Assembly (NCBI GenBank): GCA_023701005.1
Contig: JAMPXW010000003.1
Span: 9,148 to 73,147 of the forward strand
Reading direction: 5' to 3'
Origin: Burkholderiales bacterium
GTDB lineage: Bacteria; Patescibacteriota; Minisyncoccia; Phycocordibacterales; UBA9973
DNA length: 64,000 nt
Shown here: in pieces, positions 28,424 through 36,537 of the stretch
Numbering within the stretch: the first letter of the stretch is position 1
Layout: every line of letters begins with the position of its first letter
Made by a program: the position numbers and the translations under genes
The notes under the pieces: model-generated
Database searches by the model: none
What the model was told of the DNA's origin: nothing
What the model saw: only the letters and a program-made list of their open reading frames with translations

Positions 28424-30102
28424 CAAGACAGAAACCTATAAAAGAAATAATGCCGTGGAGCAAAGATGAGCTAGAAAAACTATTACTCAAAGTAATAGAC
28501 CTTGGTGTAGAGACAGCTAAAATTGATTTCAAGCTCGAAATTGAAACAAACACTCCTGAGCAAAAATCAGAACTATTAAAAGATATTTGTGCAATTTCAA
28601 ATACTTATGACCTAAATTATGATGATTATGGTTTTCTTATATATGGAGTAAAATCAAAATCTATTATTGGTATCTCTACAACGGAAGAAAATACTGACAA
28701 TTTTCAAAATCACATAGAGCAATTACTCAAAAACAACATCACTCCTACTCCACAAATACAGATTGTTTCTTTTGAAACCGAAGACAATAAAAAATGGGGT
28801 GTAATTGTTATACCACCAGACAACAATAAACCTCACATGTTCTTTAAGGATTTCTCTTGTCCAACAAATCCAAGCAAAAACAGAAAAAAGGGCGAATGGT
28901 TTGTAAGACATGGTTCTACTACCGACCCTGCTTCAGCAGAAGATCTCTCAATCATTAACCAAAAACAAATTGAAATAACCTTAGAGCCACTAAAAGAGAG
29001 TATTAAGAATTTACAAGCTCGTGTTCTAAAAACTGAAGAGCAGTACAACAGCGCCCTATTTAAGCTAATAGAAACTGCACTAAAAAATACTACTCAAAAT
29101 AGAAATGCGCCTGAAGTAGAAAAAACTGAAATTGCATCTGATATTGAAGAAGTAGTTTCAGTTGATTTGGCAAGTCGATTCAAAAGTAAATTACTTACAC
29201 CTAAAGATAAGTTATCCGAAGAACTTATCTCGGAGGCAATTAAAATAAGAGAATACATAGATGGAGCAAATACAGGGCTAACTTGGATACCTCAATTAAA
29301 TAATTCGGAAGACAATAAAAAGATCGTAGAAAACTTAGAAGAAAAGATAAAACCATTTATTGATTCTGTGGCCATGATCGTATTAAAGGACGAAAAAAAT
29401 ATCTATAAAGAATCACTAATAAAAGCTATAAAAATTCTTTGCAAATCAATAGATGCCCCAAGTGGCACTCAGTATAATAGAATAGGACAAGGTATTAGAT
29501 ACTATCCATTATACCTACTCTTATATGTGATTTTTATTTGCGGGGTGGTTTCAAATAAAGGATCGTTACTAAAAGATATACTGAATCTTCAAATAAAACA
29601 TCCACGAACTAAAAATACCTCACCTATTACAGATGTTTATTTCTTCGCCTATGAAGGAAAAGCTTTAGTAAACGATGCTTATAAACAAAGGTGGTGTGAG
29701 CCAATTGCGCAAAGAATACGACAATTTATAAGTGACAATATCGGTGAACATATTACAGAAATGTCTGAGGCGGAGTATTTTTTCAAAGGAGAATTTGTTC
29801 TATCACTAAGTAATATCAATAAGGCGATGAGTGATGGCGAACAAGTAGAACACAGAATTCCACTAGGTGGACTTTATCTACATTTATATGAATGCAACGA
29901 ACCAATAACCGATTTAATAACAGAATTACCCGATTGGCTAGATAAATTATATGATCATCCACTAAACGAAATTCTAGACATGTTTGATAAAAATGCAACA
30001 AAAATGTCTGGCCAGGGTTGTTTTGCAACAGGTACTCATGGTCTTAAAACCAGAGAATTATATGACCTCGCGTTAAGCTCTAGAGCTAAAAAGACTCGAT
30101 AA
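28420..30102 (+). CDS. AlbA_2/Schlafen-like (COG2865-type N-domain) protein with coiled-coil middle and uncharacterised 230-aa C-terminal domain
   Basis: N-term ETAKIDFK...ICAISNTYD..GFLIYGV...WFVRHGSTTDPASAEDL matches AlbA_2 signature (E..LEFK / AlANt.GG / yvRvGsst..A..ee); ATGA overlap with hsdS stop. Confidence 0.6.
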   Translation: MTRQKPIKEIMPWSKDELEKLLLKVIDLGVETAKIDFKLEIETNTPEQKSELLKDICAISNTYDLNYDDYGFLIYGVKSKSIIGISTTEENTDNFQNHIEQLLKNNITPTPQIQIVSFETEDNKKWGVIVIPPDNNKPHMFFKDFSCPTNPSKNRKKGEWFVRHGSTTDPASAEDLSIINQKQIEITLEPLKESIKNLQARVLKTEEQYNSALFKLIETALKNTTQNRNAPEVEKTEIASDIEEVVSVDLASRFKSKLLTPKDKLSEELISEAIKIREYIDGANTGLTWIPQLNNSEDNKKIVENLEEKIKPFIDSVAMIVLKDEKNIYKESLIKAIKILCKSIDAPSGTQYNRIGQGIRYYPLYLLLYVIFICGVVSNKGSLLKDILNLQIKHPRTKNTSPITDVYFFAYEGKALVNDAYKQRWCEPIAQRIRQFISDNIGEHITEMSEAEYFFKGEFVLSLSNINKAMSDGEQVEHRIPLGGLYLHLYECNEPITDLITELPDWLDKLYDHPLNEILDMFDKNATKMSGQGCFATGTHGLKTRELYDLALSSRAKKTR

Positions 30103-30342
30103 AAACCAAGGAAAATGGTAAAATGAATTTACCATAATTTATGGTGACAAAACCTAAACCAGAGCAATCTGGCATGGTTCAAATATCCCACGCGAATAGA
30201 AACGGCCACATAAGCCGACATTCATTCGCGTGGGTCCACAATCGAAAGGTTGTGGGATAGTTCCGAAAGGAGCTGTCGTCGTGTCTTGTGTGGCCATTTG
30301 TGTTAAACAAGCCGACTATTATCAACTAAAACCCACGCGAAA
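30103..30342 (+). other. GC-rich highly structured leader/ncRNA candidate with mutually exclusive pairings
   Basis: cccacgcgaa at 30187 and again at 30329 just before the ATG, complementary ttcgcgtggg at ~30231; hairpins atggtaaa/tttaccat/atggt, ccaga-gcaa-tctgg, cccacaa-tcgaaagg-ttgtggg. Confidence 0.45.
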
Positions 30343-31212
30343 ATGAAAACTAAATATAACAAAGGATTTATTCCTATCATAGCGATAGTGATACTTGGAA
30401 TGCTTGTTGTCGCCGGAGGCACAACGGCTTTGATAAGTAGTAAAAAAGAAAATGTAAATAAAATTGCACCCGAAGATAAGAGTGTCCTAAAAAACGAAGA
30501 GGTGTCTTCAAACAAAAACACAGAAGTAAAGACAGAAAAAACGAATATCTCTGAGACAGAAAAACAAGTAAAAATTGAAACAAAAACTCCTCTGGTAGAT
30601 ACAGAAGAAAATGTAAAAACAAAACTAGTAGATACAACAAAAGAACAACCGGCAGAGATACCACAGGAAGTAAAAACTGGACATCTAGGAATAAAATTGA
30701 TCAATGAATTTTTACAAATTCCTACCTTAGACAACCTGAAAGCATTCTGTACTAAAGCAAAAAACGTAGATGGTATATCAGAAAAGAAAGTAATGAATCA
30801 GGACAAAACTGCATATGTGATACAAAAAAATTCTCTCTATGATGAAGTAAAAATATGCAAAACAGCTCTAAATGAATACCAAGGAAGCGAATGGTATAAA
30901 TGGACTTCTTATAAAGAAGATTACTTAATCAAACTAGTAGACCCTAGTGAACCAGACAGCATTAGATCTAAAAAATTGGATTACAACGAAAAGATGTTGT
31001 TAATGAAAGAATATAATTTATTTGCATATGATCCCTCTTCTGCAAGATTTGAAGATGTATCCAACTATTTGAAACCAAACGTGGTGATGGAAAAGATAAT
31101 AGAAATTGATCAAAGCAAAAGAAATAGTATAACATCGAGGATGTATCTAAATTCATTTTTAATACCCGAGAAAGAAATGGTCAAACTCAAAGAAAGACTA
31201 ATAAAACAATAG
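30343..31212 (+). CDS. hypothetical secreted/membrane-anchored protein (N-terminal TM, Lys/Glu-rich linker)
   Basis: signal-anchor FIPIIAIVILGMLVVAGG then low-complexity region. Confidence 0.5.
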   Translation: MKTKYNKGFIPIIAIVILGMLVVAGGTTALISSKKENVNKIAPEDKSVLKNEEVSSNKNTEVKTEKTNISETEKQVKIETKTPLVDTEENVKTKLVDTTKEQPAEIPQEVKTGHLGIKLINEFLQIPTLDNLKAFCTKAKNVDGISEKKVMNQDKTAYVIQKNSLYDEVKICKTALNEYQGSEWYKWTSYKEDYLIKLVDPSEPDSIRSKKLDYNEKMLLMKEYNLFAYDPSSARFEDVSNYLKPNVVMEKIIEIDQSKRNSITSRMYLNSFLIPEKEMVKLKERLIKQ

Positions 31213-31261
31213 ACGCAATTGAAAAAACAAAGAATTCAAAAAATGTCTCAAAATAAACCCT

Positions 31262-31801
31262 TTATAAATAAGGTTGCAAGTCTCTGCAATTTGACCTATC
31301 CAAAAGATTACTAGGGAGACGTGTAGTTATCCAATCAGAATTAGAAAGTAGTAATAACTTCCAAACCCAAGCAGATTCAAAAAACAATCTGGTCCTATCC
31401 TTCCAAGATAATTCAGGGTTAGCATAACAACTAAAACCATCTTCATTTATAAATAAAGTATTATAGGAAGTTATAGCTTTGTATGCTTCTTCCATAAAAC
31501 AAGAAGACAACTTAATCCCTCCACGCTTCTCTAAATCCTTAGCTAAAGCTTCTAAAACAGCATTCAATCGTCCATCCTGTATCCATCTTTTATACCTTCT
31601 ATGACATGTTTGAAAAGACGGAAAACCCTCGCCTTTAGGTAAGCGCCTCCAAGAACCACCTAGCTGAATCACATACAAAATACTATTAAGCACATCTCTA
31701 TCAGAAGTTCTTTTTCTTCCTCTGGTTTCCAAAGAATTACGCTTAATAAGCGGTTCTACTAAAGCCCATTGTTTATCTGTTAACTTAAATGGCAAGATCA
31801 T
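31262..31801 (-). mobile_element. IS5-family (IS427/ISL2 group) transposase remnant, N-terminal DUF4096-type domain only
   Basis: LTDKQWALVEPLI..RGRKRTSDRDVLNSILYVIQLGGSWRRLP...YKRWIQDGRLN matches IS5-family N-terminus; DDE region degenerate/absent, 179 aa. Confidence 0.65.
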
Positions 31802-31838
31802 ATATTAATTATAAAATAAATTGATATAATTAAAATGT

Positions 31839-32525
31839 ATGGAAACTAAAGGCGATAAAAATGTGCTAGCGCACATAGCTGATGTGATATTAAAATCGAA
31901 AGTAAAAGACAATAATCAATACTCTGGAATCAAGTATGAGTCTCTTCCGTTTGCAAAAGAAGAAGCTAGAGAAGGACTCAAGGAATTAGCAAGAAACAAG
32001 TACATAGAAATAGAAAAAGATTATGATACATACTTACACGAAGAACCAATACACGACCCATTCCCTATAAATAACCACCCCTCAAAAACAATCTATACAA
32101 TACCGGCCGGAGCATTAGTAAAAATAAAGAATGAAAAAGAACTAAAAAAACTAGCTTCGACTAAATCATTTATAAATCCAAATATCAAAGATTTGAAAAA
32201 AGATGAGAGTACTGGAGATTTTTATTTGAAAGAAGATAAGTTAGAAATGGGACACGAAACCACACATTACACTCTCTTAGAGTTATTCTACGAAAAAGCT
32301 ACTGATGGAGTTATCACACAAGACTCCGCTCTAGAATTTTTTAATGAAAGAAAAATCAAAGTCGGTGGCAAAAAGATAACAAAAGAAAATATAAATAAAA
32401 CAATAAATAACTATACCGCTTCTCTACTAAGATTCGCAAAAATTAAAGGAAAAAGATTCACAAGCTCACCAATAAAAAAAGTGAAAAAAGGCAAATATGT
32501 AATCGGCTGGAAATTCTCTAAATAA
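31839..32525 (+). CDS. hypothetical protein, 228 aa
   Basis: ORF only. Confidence 0.45.
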   Translation: METKGDKNVLAHIADVILKSKVKDNNQYSGIKYESLPFAKEEAREGLKELARNKYIEIEKDYDTYLHEEPIHDPFPINNHPSKTIYTIPAGALVKIKNEKELKKLASTKSFINPNIKDLKKDESTGDFYLKEDKLEMGHETTHYTLLELFYEKATDGVITQDSALEFFNERKIKVGGKKITKENINKTINNYTASLLRFAKIKGKRFTSSPIKKVKKGKYVIGWKFSK

Positions 32526-32664
32526 TATAATACTTACATTTTACTTATGGATAACCTCAATTGAGGTTATTTTTACATTGCAAACAAAGACTATTTTCTA
32601 AATATAAGTAAAACTAATCAATTCTAAGCTAAAAAAGAAATTCATAGAATAAATATACACAACG

Positions 32665-32727
32665 CCAAGGCGATCAAAGTAGTTGTGTAAGTCCATCCCT
32701 TGATCCAATCGCCTTGGTCAAGGGATG
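32665..32727 (+). promoter_or_regulatory. leader with two mutually exclusive hairpins (attenuator-like)
   Basis: stem A ccaaggcgat/atcgccttgg; stem B catcccttgatc/ggtcaagggatg whose loop contains the 3' arm of A; B abuts start codon region of 32725-32949. Confidence 0.35.
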
Positions 32728-32949
32728 TATTTATTTATGAAGTTCAGCACAGAACAATTAAACAGACTAAGAACAATCATGGAAAAAGATTATGGGGTTC
32801 TTATGAATGACTCTCAGTTAGAAAAATTCGCATCATCTATAGTACGTTTAGCAAATGTATCTCTAAAAGCTTTGACTGAAGAGAACGACACAGAGTCGCT
32901 CCCTTCAGTGAGGGCTAATGTGTCCTCAATAGCAAATACCAGCACTTAA
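32725..32949 (+). CDS. hypothetical small protein (74 aa; alternative start 32737)
   Basis: ORF only. Confidence 0.35.
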   Translation: MYLFMKFSTEQLNRLRTIMEKDYGVLMNDSQLEKFASSIVRLANVSLKALTEENDTESLPSVRANVSSIANTST

Positions 32950-33326
32950 GTGCCTTTTCAAGCCCTGGGCGCACCTATGTGGGGCTTGTAAAAATAAAAT
33001 AGACATAGGATTGGTTTCGTGATCCCGCGATTAAGGGATGAGGGGTGTCACAAGGAAACCAAACCACTGATTGCGGTGTAGCTTAAAAGACCCTAACGCA
33101 ATCAAGTTCACCACCAGTACATTATTATGAGCTGTGTTGGATAGATGGGTCCAAGTAACCTCCGAGATAAAACGGAAAAAGGTACGGCGACCCCCTAAGG
33201 TTCTAAAACCGTGGGGGTTTGGGGGCTATTGGATTCGGGAAAGGTGTCTTTACTAGACTTCTTGAGAAAAATCCAATACCCTTGTGTTTGCATAAATTAT
33301 TAGAAATTAATAACAAAAAAAATAAA
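32950..33326 (+). other. GC-rich structured non-coding region upstream of serine recombinase (ncRNA or recombination-site candidate)
   Basis: hairpins caagccc...gggcttg, tggtttc...gaaacca, gattgcg...cgcaatc, attggatt...aatccaat; competing ccccc/ggggg segments; markedly GC-richer than genome. Confidence 0.4.
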
Positions 33327-35036
33327 ATGGAAAAAGAACAACAAAAATTAAACAAATACTTTATTTATTGCAGAAAGTCTACAGACAGCGAAGATAGACA
33401 AATACAATCATTATCAGATCAAATTAGGATATTACAAGAAATGGCAGAAAAGAAAGGTTTAATGATAGTAGAAACCTTACAAGAAGCTAAATCTGCTAAA
33501 GCACCCGGTAGGCCAGTATTCACGAAAATGATTGAGAGAATTAGTAAAGGTGAAGCCAATGGAATAATCACATGGAAATTAAATCGATTAGCGCGTAATC
33601 CTATAGATGGTGGAACTATCAGCTGGCTACTCCAACAAGGAGTGATTAAAGAAATCCTCACCCCGGAAAAAAGCCACTATCCAAATGATAATGCATTAAT
33701 CATGTCAGTAGAATTAGGTATCGCAAATCAATTCATTAGAGACTTAAGTAGTGATGCTAAGCGTGGTATAAAAACAAGAGCAACACAAAAAGGTTACCCA
33801 AATGGAGTTGCTCCTATAGGATACTTAAATGATCTTGTGAAAGCCAAAGGAGATCGTGGCTGGAAAGTAGACGAAGAAAGATTTCCAATAATAAAACAAA
33901 TACTAAAAATGTTTGCCACGGGTAAATACTCAGTGAGACAAATGACTAGTATTGCTAACGAAGAAATGGGATTGAGAACCTTTATAAGGAAAAAACAAGG
34001 TGGAAAGAAAATCGTTGTATCTTACATGGATGTGATATTAAAAAATCCAGTATATGCCGGCTTCTTCTTTCTCAATACAGATAATAGTAGGCATGAAGTA
34101 AACAAAGAAATTCCAAGAATGATCTCTGAAGAAACATATTGGAAAATACAAAAAATTCTTGGAAACAGAGGACGCCCTAGGCCTCACAAAAATATAAAAG
34201 CTTTCGCTTATACAGGTCTCACCAAATGCGGTGGCTGTGGTGGCTCTGTGACGGCTGAAGAAAAATACCAATTAATATGTTCCAGTTGTAAGCATAAATT
34301 CGCCTATGCAAGTAAAAACGAATGCCCCAAATGCAAAACAAAGATAAAAGACATGGAAGATCCTACTTACTTACACTATACCTACTATCACTGCACAAAA
34401 AAGAAAAGAGAACTAAAATGCAAAGAAAGATCAGTGGTGGATACAAAAATCGATGAGACGCTGGCAGACTACTATAAAAAAAACTTAAAAATATCAGCCG
34501 ACTTGTCTAAGTGGTGCATAGAAAATCTACGAGTAATTGAGAAAGAAGAAAAGCAAAATGATTACGAGATAAAAGCGTCTTTACAGAAAACCCTGACATC
34601 AAAAGAAAAAGAGCTTTCAGAACTAGCACTGATGCGCGCCAGAGGGCTTTTGGACGATGAAAGCTTCATTACAGCACAAAATACAATAAAGGAAGATATT
34701 AGCGCCCTTAAGCGAAAATTGAGCGAATTTGAGCATCTTGATCCAGAAAAAGCAGAAAGGATTTACCAAGCATTCGACCTATCGCAAGGCATAGACGAAA
34801 TTATCAGAAATGGCACGCCTGAAGAGAAAAAATCAGTATTATTGGAAATTGGTTCGAACCTAACTCTAAAAGACAAAACAATCAATGTTTATAACAGCGA
34901 ATTGTATTCTGCAATAATAAATGGACTACATTTAGCAAAGTCTGAAATTGAGTGGTTCGAACCTGAAAATTATCAAGCAGAACAAGAACAAAACGCCTCT
35001 TTCGAGGCGCTTCGTTCAACCATGCTCCGGGGGTAG
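33327..35036 (+). CDS. large serine recombinase (integrase type: resolvase catalytic domain + recombinase domain + zinc ribbon + coiled coil)
   Basis: YCRKSTDSEDRQ..SLSDQ catalytic Ser region, LNRLAR, CGGCGGS...CSSCKH...CPKCKT zinc ribbon; start set at MEKEQQ (ORF track start 33219 overlaps a conserved hairpin); stop overlaps tRNA-Asn 3' end. Confidence 0.8.
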   Translation: MEKEQQKLNKYFIYCRKSTDSEDRQIQSLSDQIRILQEMAEKKGLMIVETLQEAKSAKAPGRPVFTKMIERISKGEANGIITWKLNRLARNPIDGGTISWLLQQGVIKEILTPEKSHYPNDNALIMSVELGIANQFIRDLSSDAKRGIKTRATQKGYPNGVAPIGYLNDLVKAKGDRGWKVDEERFPIIKQILKMFATGKYSVRQMTSIANEEMGLRTFIRKKQGGKKIVVSYMDVILKNPVYAGFFFLNTDNSRHEVNKEIPRMISEETYWKIQKILGNRGRPRPHKNIKAFAYTGLTKCGGCGGSVTAEEKYQLICSSCKHKFAYASKNECPKCKTKIKDMEDPTYLHYTYYHCTKKKRELKCKERSVVDTKIDETLADYYKKNLKISADLSKWCIENLRVIEKEEKQNDYEIKASLQKTLTSKEKELSELALMRARGLLDDESFITAQNTIKEDISALKRKLSEFEHLDPEKAERIYQAFDLSQGIDEIIRNGTPEEKKSVLLEIGSNLTLKDKTINVYNSELYSAIINGLHLAKSEIEWFEPENYQAEQEQNASFEALRSTMLRG

Positions 35037-35062
35037 GGATCGAACCTACGACCAATCGCTTA

Positions 35063-35631
35063 CACTTTATCTCCTATTACTAGAAGTGTGGACTATATCA
35101 TCTCCATGTTCATAAAATTTATGAATTTAGAAGCAAGGCGCTTCGCGCTCTAACATAAATTAGAGAGCTACTCCATAAATGGATAGTCTCTACACCTTCC
35201 TCAATTTAAAATTGAGGCTTGGCTCGGGATTACCCCATAAGGGCTTCCCCGAATTCACCTTGTTTTTCAACCTAAGTTTTCTTAGGAAGCTGCGTAATAC
35301 CGTCATGTATTTCCATATGACAATTTGCACACAAGAGAACACATTTATCAATTTCTTTTTTGATACGTTCCCATGACCTAGTTAACCCCCTAGAAGAAAG
35401 ATCAAAATCTTTTTCTTTTGGATTTAAGTGATGAAAACTTAATGATCTCTGGCATTTATTATAGCCACACACAATACACTTACCGCCTTTATAGTCTCTA
35501 GCCATTTCACGAAGCTTTTTTCTTCTTCTTGTAACAGCCATTACCATATATTCTCTACGGTCGGCATATGTTCGTTTTTCTACTCGTTTCTTTTTGGTAT
35601 ACACAAGTAGATTATACCACAAACATCCGAC
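35063..35631 (-). mobile_element. group I intron within tRNA anticodon loop
   Basis: 5' exon ends in U, intron ends in G; P7 pairing agacta...tagtc and P8-like hairpin tccatttatgga downstream of ORF. Confidence 0.65.
35272..35622 (-). CDS. HNH homing endonuclease encoded in the tRNA intron
   Basis: CIVCGYNKCQRSLSFHHLNPKEKD...LLCANCHMEIH HNH motif; non-ATG (TTG) start in track. Confidence 0.7.
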   Translation of the reverse strand: MWYNLLVYTKKKRVEKRTYADRREYMVMAVTRRRKKLREMARDYKGGKCIVCGYNKCQRSLSFHHLNPKEKDFDLSSRGLTRSWERIKKEIDKCVLLCANCHMEIHDGITQLPKKT

Positions 35632-35832
35632 ACAGGCGACCGCTCTACCGCTGAGCTACCCCGGAATATTTTATTTTCAATTCTTCTTTTAAATACCATA
35701 ATTTCCACCAAACTATCTACCTATAAGTAGATAAGCCCCGGAATATTATTCAATTAAAAGAACTTTTTATATCTTAACAGAAAATAACTAAAAAACAAGA
35801 TGGCTTTTCGTTTTAGTGTATAATTAAATACA

Positions 35833-36537
35833 ATGGATTATCAATATTTTTATATAGTTTGGACTTTAATATTTTTCGCCATTTGGATGGCTCTTTTTTT
35901 ATATCGCAAAGATTTAAGACATGAAATATCAGTCATAAGTTTTGGTTCTGGGTTCGGAGGGATATTCAGTCAGGCTACTCACATAGAAGACTGGTGGAAT
36001 CCTTTAAGACTAACTCAAACACCCATAGGAATTGAAGATTTTTTAATAGGATTTTCTATTGGAGGAATATGTTCTGTTGTATATGCAATATTGTTTAACC
36101 TAAAAGTCGAACCAAATAATTTTTATTTTACAAAAAATGGTAAAAACGATCGCTTGCTAGGTAATATTTTTTTACTTTCTTTTATTCTCTTATTCTTTTG
36201 GATGTTTTATATACTCAATATTAGTTCATCATATTCTGTATTGATATCATATTTGCTAGGAATATCTGTAATGCTTTTCTTCCGCAGGGATTTAATACAA
36301 AATTCTTTAATAAGTGGACTCATCACTCTCATGTTAGGGTCTCTCATTTATTACTTCCTAATGCTCTTATTCCCAGGATTCATAAATAAATTCTGGTATC
36401 TACCTCAAGTTTGGTATTCTAAAACATTTTTTGATATACCATTAGGAGAATATATCTGGTATTTTCTGACTGGAGCATTCATAGGTCCATTGTATAAATT
36501 TGTCAGAAATAAAAAGACAGTAAGAATAACACCTTAA
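35833..36537 (+). CDS. integral membrane protein (possible lycopene-cyclase-domain family)
   Basis: 7 predicted TM; PIGIEDFLIGF and IPLGEYIWYF resemble the hPhEE motif of lycopene cyclase domains; weak. Confidence 0.35.
   Translation: MDYQYFYIVWTLIFFAIWMALFLYRKDLRHEISVISFGSGFGGIFSQATHIEDWWNPLRLTQTPIGIEDFLIGFSIGGICSVVYAILFNLKVEPNNFYFTKNGKNDRLLGNIFLLSFILLFFWMFYILNISSSYSVLISYLLGISVMLFFRRDLIQNSLISGLITLMLGSLIYYFLMLLFPGFINKFWYLPQVWYSKTFFDIPLGEYIWYFLTGAFIGPLYKFVRNKKTVRITP

Larger units (their letters stand above)
35025..35665 (-). tRNA. tRNA-Asn(GUU) interrupted by group I intron (5' exon 35632-35665, 3' exon 35025-35062)
   Basis: exons give TCCGGGG-TA-GCTC-AGCGGTA-GAGC-G-GTCGC-CTGT|TAA-GCGAT-TGGTC-GTAGG-TTCGATC-CCTAC-CCCCGGA-G, paralleling E. 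coli tRNA-Asn incl. loop CUGUUAA and discriminator G; alternative junction two nt upstream would give Thr(UGU). Confidence 0.7.

Noticed and set aside
33219-33326. N-terminal 36-aa extension of the serine recombinase ORF (start at 33219)
   Set aside because: The extension lies over a conserved hairpin (attggatt...aatccaat) and precedes the normal distance from start to catalytic Ser. ATG at 33327 (MEKEQQ) gives a canonical resolvase-domain N-terminus.
35018-35290. Possible tmRNA (T-arm-like GGTTCGATCC at a 3' end plus long upstream body)
   Set aside because: No tag-peptide reading frame ending in hydrophobic residues. The 5' half at 35632-35665 completes a normal tRNA cloverleaf, so an intron-containing tRNA explains it better.
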